A DNA stretch of 61,943 bases, filler included, from Choristocarpus tenellus KU-1152 (taxonomy: Eukaryota > Protista > Phaeophyceae): the NCBI GenBank assembly GCA_964200185.2. It is 7 parts of 7 records of this genome, joined end to end, with 100 filler letters (N's around TTAATTAATTAA, not from the genome) between each part and the next. Parts side by side here need not be neighbours in the genome. Positions count along the whole stretch, not along the records: positions 24,115 to 32,139 come from CAXNAD020005256.1; positions 32,240 to 36,119 come from CAXNAD020017405.1; positions 36,220 to 42,443 come from CAXNAD020008640.1; 4 more parts are not named here. One strand, 5' to 3'. Position numbers and translations under genes: made by a program. Below the pieces are notes generated by a model. It was not told the origin of the DNA, did not search any database, and was given only the letters and a program-made list of their open reading frames with translations. This document shows positions 25,101 through 36,616 of the stretch, in pieces. Position 1 is the first letter of the stretch. Each line of letters begins with the position of its first letter.

Positions 25101-25600
25101 GTGTCCAAGCTACCCCAGTTTTCACCATGCCCAATATCATGTTTGGAGAGTTTACTGATCCATCACTGGCAGGTATGCTTGCACCATCGTTACCTCCTCC
25201 ATTGCTGAGGGGCTGTTTGTGTACCTCCCTTACTTCCCTCTTTTGAGTGTCACTGACTGGTTGCAGCCTGGTTTGCCTTACTTGCGATGCAGTTGCCGTA
25301 GGTCCTGAACCTGTAGTCACGCCAGCAGCAACACCAGCAGCAGCACCTTGGTCATTCCCAATGACACCTGCACTCAAGTGTAAACTGGAAGATTTCACGT
25401 CAACCCCACCCATCTCCCTTCGACAAGGATGAAATGACTGCCTTCTTGGGTGCCCTTGGCTAGGACAAAACCAGGCTTGGGGGGGTTGATGTGTGTACCC
25501 AATTGTTTAGACGATGACAAGCATTATCCTTCCCTATTTCGTGTTGATCTCGAGACTCCTGGGCAGCGGGTGGTCCTTCCCCGCTTCAAAGACTTACCCA
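16831..25600 (-). CDS. VPS13: VPS13-family lipid-transfer protein, partial multi-exon model with a C2 domain
   Basis: Spliced exons give SYISALLGEVSMSLVDNQ|RAKELLHLTIKGVDWRYTESQ (19428-19365)|EFTRGSCVVDWIQLDNQTHNTVAPIILAP...HFE (18676-18503)|YVGFLLQELDVMLEQ (17988-17920)...LHVYMDALELFPVKINFSF (ends 16831), which are VPS13 C-terminal motifs. Upstream exons (~22975-20514) form a C2-like domain (ELGRLELPLGDL...RWFPL...LAVQW). Both ends unresolved; a gap lies at 24015. Confidence 0.72.
18185..18730. repeat. Interstitial telomere-like (CCCTAA/CCCTAT)n tracts at 18185-18224 and, inverted, 18708-18730; further tracts at 16491-16506 and 19833-19854
   Basis: TTAGGG-type hexamers directly visible in the sequence. 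Confidence 0.8.
22056..22101. repeat. Compound (GT)n(GA)n microsatellite in an intron
   Basis: Visible dinucleotide runs. Confidence 0.9.
22430..22621 (+). mobile_element. MITE family B (~190 bp, Sola2-like)
   Basis: TIRs GACACAAAGTATCTG...CAGATACTTTGAGCC; flanks AGCA/ACCA (4-bp TSD, 1 mismatch); shares the AAAGTATCT core with family A. Confidence 0.8.
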
Positions 25601-28600
25601 GCCCCCTCTCCCGCACGTCGACGAGGAAGGGGGCGTCAGTGTATCGCAATCGTCATGAACCGAATGATGATACTGATGCTCGTCTCCTAGATTCCAATTC
25701 GGGATTGCTATCTAGAACATGGGATTCATGCTCACAGCATCATCCAAGACCTATGTGGTTGTTGAGGGCTAGGTTCAGATTCACCAGGCACGCTTAAAGG
25801 GCCGTATCCCTCCCCCAGAACAACAATATATCTAGCCTACGTGTTATGGCGTCTATCCGCGAAGAAATTTGACACATCAAGCATGGACAACGAAAGTCAA
25901 CAACGGTATAAACTAGGTGGTTAGATCGACATGCTTACAGACGGCAAGTCAGAAAACACACGAGATTGCCAAGGGTGACCTCTTTGAACACTCATTGTCA
26001 GGGGATACGCGTTTCGAGGTCTGAGAACCATGTTGGGCTAGCATGGATACATCTTCACATCCATTTCAGTAAGGCTAGAGCGATTCGTTGCGTGATGCGG
26101 TGAAGACATCGGACGACGCTCACCACACCTGGTTCATCATTCCTCCTAGCCCTCTATCTCAATACAGGTGCAGAGGATTATTGAAGAAGGTTTCCTTGGT
26201 CGTTCTTTCGTGAGGGTTCAATAGGTCCAAAACGTGGGTGTGCGCTTCGTATCATCCAGTTTGAGGTTTCTGAGTCCGCGCGTATGGCAAGGGTGCTCGC
26301 GTATGGGAAGGGTCCTACTCGCGAGGTTTGTAGTCGTAGTGATGTGTATGTAGTAAATAAATATAAGGTAGAATAGTAGGAATACGCTCAAATGTTATTT
26401 GAATTAAGTGGCATCATCAGATGTTTTTGGTCATACTGGTCAAATACACCTTGAAGAAGTGGACATGTCTCAAAGGTAGTCAGAACCGCTTTCGTGGACA
26501 AATATTAATCTTCTAAAGGGTACCGCTTGCACACTTTGGGCGTGCTGTGCACAAGGGAACGTTGCTGTACCTCCGCCACCATCGCACACGGACCGCCCAC
26601 CTTCACAGGGCATTAAACGTCGATGCACACACGACGTTAGGGAAGTTGTGGCATCGTGGATCCGGATGATGGTGACCATGACACGAAGAGACTGTGCTTA
26701 GATTGTCACTCTCCCATTGACTATATTTTTTATGAGGAGAAGAGTGATGGGGACAACGGTGATGATGAGCTGGCTGTGGCGATCGGTCATGGTGGACGTG
26801 ACCAAAATGTCTATGACCTCACAGAGGTCCAGAAACTGGATCTGAGGGTTCGACAAGTAGAGGAGGGAAGGGAGACTGGGGAAGGCACTGGAAGACCTAC
26901 CTCGACAAGGCTGACAAACTCCCAGCCAGTACTAGTACACTAGTGCTCAGGAATGGTTGAAGCTAGAAGAGTTGGAGTGTGTAGTGGTTGAGTCCTTGGC
27001 GCAGGACCTCAAGAATGAGCTAGTCTATGTTCAAGTACAGTAGTTGAGGCTGGTGTGGAAGGGAGTGAATTGTCAGGAGACCAGAGTGAGAAACAAACAG
27101 GATGGTGATGGTGATGGTGATGGCAGTGGAGGAGCGAGTCTTCCTCTACTCACTTTGTTGAAGTAGCACCACCATGTTTTAATTGAACTGGGGGTGAAAA
27201 GGAACGAGAGTGGATTAGATCTGACCTGCACATTGCTGCGCAAGGCAAAAATGAAGCTCTTGAGTCCTTTTGCTTCGAGACATTCAATGCAAACAGACAC
27301 AACAAGCTTTTGACTGATGGGTGCTACAGCATGTGCTTGTGTTCTCTCCACAGACACCATTCCAGGGACACAATGCCACACCCGAGTGAAAAAGAGTCGA
27401 ACATGAGGGCCACACTTGTGTGAGTACCGATTTTTTAGGGTTACTAATCTTTGAAAACTGTCCAATTTAAGGTGTATGACGCCCCAAAAGATGAAACCCG
27501 ACTTATTATCGACTTTGGCAAATAAGACAAGTCAATCAGTGATCCAACCCATTTAGGGTTGGCACAAGATTGCCTTAAAAGTGACCACCGAGTGTAGTGA
27601 TGTGATACTCTTTGCTTTTTGTAGTAAAACCCACATACACTTTACAGTATTAAAACCTACTTCGAAGTAAAGTACAAACAACAGTACTTGTACCCCACTG
27701 TAGTTATATATTACACTACTCTACCTGCAGTCTTCTTACACCTAAATTCGTAGGACTCCAGACCTCTACAATATGCCGAATGAGCAAAAGAGGAAGTTGG
27801 TGATGTGTGCCGGAGTGCTGCGATTCTTGGGGCAGATACTATATAAAGAGTCACACGACAGACTTGAGTGAATTGTATTGACATGAGGTGAAGGGTAACG
27901 GGTAGTGCAGGGCACAATTACCAGCATGGAGAGTCGCAGAGAGGGAAGCGGACACCTCAGGCATGCCACATAATGGAAATAGGCCATAAGTGCCGTCCGA
28001 CTCCTGATGTCCCACGCTTTCTTTTGGGTGTACCATCACCTGAGCAACTAAAAATCACTAATCCAGTGGTCACTATTGCGCCGTTTCAGTCCCAAAGGGC
28101 TTCCCAGGCACCACAACTATGTAGGGTGTGTGAGCATTTCCATTTTTCAAAATTTGTTGGTAAGTGGCACACAGATGAGGGCTTACGAGGTAGTGGGGCA
28201 TGGACTTTTAAATGTCCCTGAATCGATGCAGCACATCCAAGTTCAGGGTGTGTCAACCCACAGTTCCTTCTTTGGTTAACAATGTAACTTCAGGACACTG
28301 TCCGGAGTATCAAAATACGAAGTAGAATAAAAGTTCAATAATGTTTCTTAAAGCATACTTGAAAACCAATCATATATTCCTCTATTCATAATGTATCAGG
28401 ATACACTGGGAATTCAAACAACACATCAGAACATCCCCTGACGAACATGTCTATCTCTTTGTTTCCCACCATATCTAGTCCCTTTGTAGTATTCATATTA
28501 TCTTTTCGAATGCATCACGAATTCAAATAGTACATCAGAAACACCCCTCATGAGCATGTTGCTCTGGATCTTCAATGTCATCTGCTCCACGTTGTACTAC

Positions 28601-31600
28601 CTCCTCTTGTACTGCATAGTACCACGAACCAATCGTTTCTACCGTTCTGATCAATATTAATGCTAATATTTATGCCACCCCACCCCTCGTCTTTCCCTCT
28701 CCTCTCTCCAACGAACATTCTCCTGTAACCCACTGCCCTGCAATTAACCTTTTCCACCAATTTGCAGTTACTCCTGCATTTGTGGTACAACAATCAATGT
28801 ACAGGTAATGCCACTCACAACAATGGCCAAGAGAACCAGGTTTACCTGGAAAATGATATAGTGACAACCGGATTAGAACACTCGCACACCTTGACAGAAG
28901 TTCTCGGCCTTAACTACTGACCTACCAGAGTGCTCTCGTGCAGCTTGCACGGGTTACTTTCCGCAGGTAATTATATTAACTCAACGTGCCCTGGCATACC
29001 CATACTTAGAGGTTTGACTTAATGAATTGAAAATGCAAATCTAGAGATGGGTAGATTGCAAAAGCAAAACAAGGAGGGATCTTAAACAAAAGAAGCACAA
29101 CAAGAAAATCCTCCACTCACTTTCAACACTAGGGTAGTATACCTGACTGACTGAGCCAGACCATAGCAAAGGCTCTCCAATGCTTGGAAGCAATATGTAT
29201 GGAGTAAGGGGTGAGGTTCCCCCCCTCAGAAAACGATACATCGACAGCAGATGCGTGTTGCTGTTGAGTTCGGATTACACTTATTTGTGTTGAGAAGTAA
29301 TGTCTACTGTGGTCATGGCAGGTGTGAATGTGTAGAAGGAAGGAGAGGAAGCAAGGAGGAAGAGAAGCAGCAACAGCAACATGTCTTGAAACAATTAAAT
29401 ATGGCACAGTACATGTTTTTACAGTAGTACTTTACTCACATAATAAACCAAGTAATCCCTGTACGAGCCCTACACAGTGTGGTAACAGATAGTAGAACTC
29501 ACAATCTCAAGATAATCTGAAAGTGTAAAATCAGAGTGTTGTATAGTCTTTCTGTAGGTTTGAAACTAGTACAGGAAGGAATTGGTTTTATACACCGGCT
29601 ACATGAGAATTCCCGAAGACCTGAACGTGGTGCTCTTTTTTCTTTTGTTCATAATACTTTGTAACAATAGTGATGGGGAGTGAGTGAGTGAACATATGGA
29701 CGAAGAGGATGCCTTATAATAAAATAAGGTATAGGCACATATGAATGGGTAGAATAACACGAATTGGATGGCATATATGTATGGAGGGGTTAGTAGAACC
29801 GTACGTACGTGAGTAAGGTGGATGTTGAAGATTAAATAACTATTTTTTATTGTCGTACATACGTGAGACGGGGTCAAAAGATTGGATTTGTTTTATTAAT
29901 CTATCAATGAATAAATAGGATTATGTTCAACACTATTTTTACCAAATCCACAATTTTTTTTTGAAAGGTTGGTGTTTTGAATACTGTCATATTGGAGGTC
30001 CTCGTCACCGATCCCAATCTACCTCCCTCACACCATCGTCGATCCTAACCGAGGATAAGAGTATGCTATTAATAAGCAGGTCCTCGTCAGAAGCCATCAT
30101 ACTTGTAGGAATATGCCATCACTATTGACGAATAACGTGCTTGAGGTCTCAAAGTCCTCACTGCCTCTTCCAAGAGAACTCTCAGTTTCGCTATCGTATC
30201 TTCCATCCTCACTGATTACAGTCGACTGATAGCCCACGGCAAGGTATGGCGCTCACTTCCTTTTCCCATGCACCGCTTGGGGCTGAATCCTGCAGAGCTA
30301 GTGAGGTTAGAAGCTGAGATTGCGAAACTGAAACTCCCCTGGAAGAGGCGAGAAGAGCGAGAGAAGAGGCGTGAGTGTGTCATAGAGCCTTGCAAGTAGA
30401 AGACGGAACGTCCGATCACAGATTAGAGAAGAATCGGAAATCATCTCGGGAGGTTAACAACTTCCGCCCCAATACCGCCTTGTGGGCATCCCCTTTCCCA
30501 CATTAACCCTCTTGATTTTCTCTAACACATTCTACCAAACTCGAATACGACTATAACTAGGGCGTATTGGTGCAGGGGTGCAGAGTCTCACGAAGGACCC
30601 GTGGCAGGCTCTGAGGCAGTATCGAAAGGCTGAGGTAGCAGATGCTTGGGTATTGGCAGCTGATTCCTAAGAGAAACTTGAGCGTTCTACCACGGAGGCT
30701 GTGGAGGACAGGCCAGGGCAAGAGGTGGAGGTGGAGAGGCAAGATGAGGTGACACTGTGAATAGCACAGATCGGTCAAAGGGAGGGACTCAAGGATGAGC
30801 CTGATGATGTTTCTGGGGGAATAGTTTGCTATATTTCTTGTATACCCTTGTTATTTTTCCAGTTGTTTAAAAATACCTCTGTGGCGTTGGGTTTTGGATT
30901 TGCCGTTTGATACTGGGAGTTCATGTTCCGACTCAGATTGTATTTAATTGGAGGTGACGAACGCATCGATGATGCACGGCGATTACGTAATTACGACAGG
31001 AACAAAAGGTGATGCATATTGATATTTTGCTATTTATGTAGTAACTGTTGTGCTGTTGTTGAACGCGTACATGCCCACGTACATGCGTGGGTGCGTGCGT
31101 GCGTGTATGTGTGTGTGTGTGTATACGAACTTACTGCACTCAACAGCTTTGCAGTGGTCTAATATGATTCGTCTCATCACAAGTGAAGGAATAGCACCAG
31201 AAACATGTCTGTCCTGCACTGAAAGAGTGATTTGCTACCAACCATTGGATTTCTGGGTAGTCATATGCAATGCAAGAGCTTACGAAATGTACTCCAGGAG
31301 AAGATTATGACCTATTTTTTACCTGCAGCATGGATGTTTATGCTGGTTCTACTTACAGTGCAGCATATCAGAAAACCTTGTTAATTGCGTAACACTCTGT
31401 TTGTACAACCCATCACATTTGCCACTGCTGATTCAGCTGTAGGTGTTATGAACACAATAACATCAATCACATAGCCACACTTCTGACATATTGACATTGT
31501 AGTGACCATTGTAAATGTGACCACTATGTTGGAGACTGTATGCTTTTGTTTCATGTGTGTAGAACTATTTGTTTGCGCTCTCTGCTCAATCACACCTCCT

Positions 31601-32239
31601 GCAACAGGTGTTTGTTTTCAACTATTTCTTGTTTTTCTCATACCCATCCCTAAACTTAACCTACCCATTCTCACAACTTCTCTACCAACACATAAGCAAC
31701 TGGCTTTCTTTGGTGTTGCAATTAGTGCAAAGGCATTCCTTTGCCAGAGCAGGTACAGGAGCAGGTATTTGTATCCCTTCTGAATGGCAGGAACAAGGTC
31801 GATTTGGTGGTGGAGATCCTGAACAAGGATTAGAAGCGCAAGAATTAGAACCTAAAATAGTTAGGAACAAGCTGGTAAGGAACCTTGTTTGCACCAAAGT
31901 ATGCCTTCCTCCAACCCGCCCCGTTTCCAACATAAACTAACATACCCACCTTTATGTTCTACAGTATATGCTACGAGACGCTCCACAAGCTTACCATGAT
32001 GGGATATGTAGCTCCAATCCAGAAGGCTTTATGTGGACTATGAAGTTATGGAAGGGTCCATAATTTAGAGGTTGTCTAATGTGCTGGATCTATCATTTCG
32101 ATTATTCACTTCATGGGTATCATCAGGGTATAAAAATAGNNNNNNNNNNNNNNNNNNNNNNNNNNNNNNNNNNNNNNNNNNNNTTAATTAATTAANNNNN
32201 NNNNNNNNNNNNNNNNNNNNNNNNNNNNNNNNNNNNNNN

Positions 32240-32334
32240 CCTCCGACGTATGCAATCAAATAACCCCAAAATCGCGACATAAAAAAATTGACCCCAAATG
32301 GACAGCCGCCACCCCCTCCGAGATACTTTGAGCC
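32240..32334 (-). mobile_element. MITE family B, partial (abuts gap)
   Basis: CCCCAAATGGACAGCCGCCACCCCCTCCGAGATACTTTGAGCC is the reverse complement of the family B left end. Confidence 0.8.
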
Positions 32335-35300
32335 TCATCCATTATCACTGACGTATGACCAAAGGCTGATTCATATTACAATTGCGTACGTTACTACTGG
32401 TATTGTACCGAGCTAAAAGATACATGTACATGAAACGGTATTATATACTTGTATAAGCGCACACAGCATAAGTGTAACACTAGTCATTCGACACTCCTGT
32501 ACGCCTTTTATTTCCAGTCCTGTTAGTCCCTGGCCTCGGTCACCACCTGTACTCCACATCTGCAGGTACAACCTTGGGACGAACCACCCCTCTATCAACT
32601 GACTCCCACCTAGCTAAGAGATTGTCCCCAAATCTACATCAGCCTTGCTACTTCGCTTTACCTCCTGGACTCCTCTTCCCCTCCTGCTGCTTTGCCACAT
32701 TCCTCGCCTATTTATTCTCCCATCATCTTCGCCTTGATGCGCTCAGCCCAGCTTGTGGTCAGTTGCTACACTTCCACCATTGAAACTACCGACCACAACT
32801 CACATCCACCTGTAGCTTACTCAGACTACCTCCCTCTTCCTCTACACCCACGTGGTTAAACCTACGGTTGGCCTGATCCCTACCTTTGCACTGGAGGGTG
32901 ACTGGAGTTACAATATTCTACTTTGTGGATGACCTGAGTTTCACTAGTGAAGACCCCTCCGTCATCGACTGTGTGCAGGACTACACACATCTTTACGATA
33001 TTCTGACCTCGGGGCTCACTGTCTCTGGAGCTTCAACTACCACATCATCTGGCTCATATCATGCTCCTTCTGCACCACTAACCCTATGTTCTTAGGCCCT
33101 TAAGCATCTACTCAGAGCACCTTCATCATTACCTTCAGTTTCTCCTCAGAGTACTTCCCCATAAACCTTCAGCCACTAACCATCTCCACCCCTTCTTTCC
33201 TTGGGTTCACCATCAACATCATCATCTTCCTTTATCAACAAGGTGCATTTCTCATGGCTAGTTGCCTGGTTTCCATCTATGAACGTAGTCTGCGAGCTAT
33301 TCCCCTGGCCTTCCTTCCAATCTTGCCACTAGAAGTGTCACCACTGCGGTGGTCTACATCAGTACCAAAAAACGGCTGGTGGATCCCCTAATCAATAACC
33401 TTAACCTTATACTGCTCCAAGATCTTTATTCTCCCACCCTCGCGCCTTCATCCCCCACTGATTCTTAAATCCGTGTTTTTCTTCCCACCTTGGGTTCATT
33501 TCTTAGTTTCCCCATTTATGTATGTGTGTGTGTGTTGTTTATTCTTCCCTCTTTTCTACGACAGCTTCTTGTCTTAAGGTGGAATTTCATTTCCCAATAT
33601 TTGATTTCCAACATTTTTTCTGTTCTCTTGGGATTTCTACCCCTTACTACGTTCACCCTCTTACCCTTTGTTTTCTTTCCGTAGCGCATACTTTTCTTCC
33701 ATGGATAAGTCGTCTGTATCCAACATATAGTACAAATCAGGACGTCACCACCCACGTGACACATACGTGTCGACTCAGACTTAGATTTTATTATTTTCAT
33801 TTTTATAGCACAGGTAACTCGGGCATCTTGTTTGATGGTCTTAAGCTGTCATCTCCTTGTGAAACTTCGACCTCACTCTGCAATAAGTATACATTGATGC
33901 ATACCTGGATGGGATATACTCAGAGTTGATATATTCACATCCTTCACGAGGTACCAAGCTTCTGCCCACAGCATGCATCACTATCCTACGCTATAGCACT
34001 GATTAGTGCTGTACTCTGCAGGAAAGCCTCTGAGCAGAACACACCACTAGACTAATTCACACAATGGAGTACATGAGTGCTTCAGTGCAATGGGTCACCT
34101 CTTGACTACAAGAAAACTCCAAGCCTCTACACAGGGCACTTCATCTGAATCAACACATCATTGTCGACCTTTTGCTTCAGAGCACAACTTCATCCAATTC
34201 AAGATTTCAACATCTCCTCCTGGTCCACCCCCAACACTTGACACCAAACACTCTTTCAGTCCACACTTGCTTTGAGCATTGCTGCTTGTGGATTTCTCTT
34301 GGGCATCCTCTTTGGTGACCACCTAAACCAAGGTGTTCCTTTATCTCATGGCCAATGACACTAGCCAGAGCTAAAACAATCGAGAGGTAGACAGGTTTGA
34401 ATCCTTTGGCATCCTAAGTAATCTTTCAATCCCTGTGCAATACTCTCATTGCCTTATGTGCACAATAGTTAACACAAAATAGACATTTTCCCCTTTAAAC
34501 ACACGAAGTGATGCCACAATTCAGGAAAGACTCTTTCTGCGAATGTACAAAATGATAACTTTTTGCCCTATCTCAGGACCCTTAAAATGCAACCCTGCCT
34601 ACCTCTCCGTTGGTTTGACTCAATATTGTCAAATAACTTCTCCTTGGTCACCTCCAGTGCCCTTCATCCTCTTGTCCTGCATCAGTTACCGTGGTGGTTA
34701 TGAAAGCCAAAGTCCATCTCTGACAGCATGATGGGCATGTCCGCCACGCTTTGTACAAATTCTGCTTTTTCGAGCAATCTCCTTGTGTCTTGTCCCTCCA
34801 CAACTCTGTCGCAAGGAACCCCCTCCGAACTCTTAGAGTTAGAATCGAAACTATTTTCCTTTTTTTCCTGGTCAGCTCTTTACGTTCAGCCACTGATTTT
34901 TTATTCCCCAACTCACCCTTAACTGTTGTGATGAAATGTCCCTTTGTGATGAGAAGAATTTCCAGTGACCAGGGCATGACCACTTTTGTTTCTTATCTCT
35001 TCACCTTTGAGCTGAGCATACTACTCTCAAACACTATTTTAAACGTCTGGCTTGCATAGTGTTTTCTGCTAAGTGATTTGACGTGTCTCCGTGTGTTGTA
35101 ATCCAGCTCAAGTGCGCCCAGAAACCTGTGAAGATCCATCTTATCGCAGGCAACCCAAACCATCACCACTGTGCTTCCCTATACTGCATTGAATTGACCC
35201 AGCTCAAGGAGTTCATTTGCTCCCCTATCCACCTCTGTAGAGAAGAAGTTATCGAACAGGGTCTGGCTGGTCCCCACTATGTTCGGCATGAATCAGGTGT

Positions 35301-35399
35301 CCATGACCCGAAAGGGCGCTCTGGGACTGTGATAAGAAAAGAACACTGCCTTCGTTGCAGTTGCAACTAAGGCAACAAAAATAGCATGGTATGCCTCTT

Positions 35400-36119
35400 G
35401 GGCAATCGATATGTTTCCACTTCACCCAAACCATCCGCTTGATCCATGAGGAAAAGTTTGATGTTGATTGTCTGCGGAGTGGTAGGTTCTTGTTCAGAGC
35501 GTCAGCAAGTTGATCCTGGGAGCTGGAGTTGCAGCCAGTGATGTCCATGTCGTCTGCTTACACGAATAAAAGAAGCTCAGTCTCCCCACTGGTGTGCTTG
35601 CAGGGATCAGCAACTCTAGGTGTGAGGTGGTGGAGGGTTTTGGTGCCAGGGACAGGGTGGCCTGTCAGAGGTTGTAGTAGACTTGGTGGGGGCGTTAGAC
35701 CTGATGGTGGCCATGGGAGTTGAGTTCGGGAGTGGCTGGGTAAATGAGGGGATGCCTCAGCAAGGATGCCAGAGTGATTGAAGTGACTAAGGTGACATGG
35801 TTCACGGAATTTGGCTGGTGTGGGTGTGTGGAGTGTGTGGAGTGTGTGGAGTGTGTGGGAGTGGTTGTGGTTGGGTATATGAAGGGAATGGTTGGGTTGC
35901 TCTGAGGAGAGACTTAACGTAAGGTTGAGTAGCTCTGATTAAGGGCTCAAGGTATGGTTGGGTTGCTCGGAGTAGAGGTGTAACGTATGGTTGGATTGGT
36001 CTGAGTAGAGGCTGAGGGTATGTTTGAGTTCCTCTGAGTAGAGGTGTTACAGGCGCCCCTCAATGCTCACCTTCCAGGATGTACAACTCAAATCAACGAC
36101 CTTAAAACGATGCTATGAG
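35400..36119 (-). mobile_element. Degenerate Copia-like fragment with a 33-bp tandem repeat (5 units, ~35889-36053)
   Basis: QDQLADALNKNL resembles the end of Copia RNase H. The upstream S/T/P-rich region is built of 33-bp units (TGGTTGGGTTGCTCTGAGTAGAGGTGTAACGTA-like). A similar S/T/P-rich tract lies on the + strand at ~33090-33180. Confidence 0.45.
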
Positions 36120-36229
36120 NNNNNNNNNNNNNNNNNNNNNNNNNNNNNNNNNNNNNNNNNNNNTTAATTAATTAANNNNNNNNNNNNNNNNNNNNNNNNN
36201 NNNNNNNNNNNNNNNNNNNGTTTCCACAC

Positions 36230-36364
36230 TTACAATGTTTTATAGTGTTCTTATGTTTAGGATATTTGATTTCTTTAGGGCTAATAACGACATATATATA
36301 GTTTTCAATGGTTTCCCCCCTGACACATCTGCAAAATGTCAGAGGGCATAATAATAATAATAAA
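36230..36364 (+). repeat. Hairpin/(TAA)n-tail short repeat, long copy
   Basis: ...TTTCTTTAGGGCTAATAACGAC...GTTTTCAATGGTTTCCCCCCTGACACATCTGCAAAATGTCAGAGGGCATAATAATAATAATAAA; near-identical to the reverse complement of 61847-61943. Confidence 0.85.
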
Positions 36365-36616
36365 ATATATATAAAGTTAGGGAAGAAGAGAAATCCGTAG
36401 AAAAGCAACCTCAATCGATATCACGGTATATAACATAAGGCTATAACGGTATAATATAAAACGCACAGGGTACTTTGCATAAATTTTTTCAGGAGGGTTT
36501 GGAAGATGTTTGGTACTCCTTACCTAACATCCAAACTAGTGATATCAACAGGTACTTTCTCGACCTTAATTGCGTGTAGTGCTGTGACAACATTCAGATC
36601 ATTCACGTCATCATCC

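Noticed and set aside
26300-31950. Short ORFs and coding-like patches (e.g. 26656-26943, 27073-27465, 30216-30778)
   Set aside because: No family motif or consistent splice model found; probably eroded repeats.
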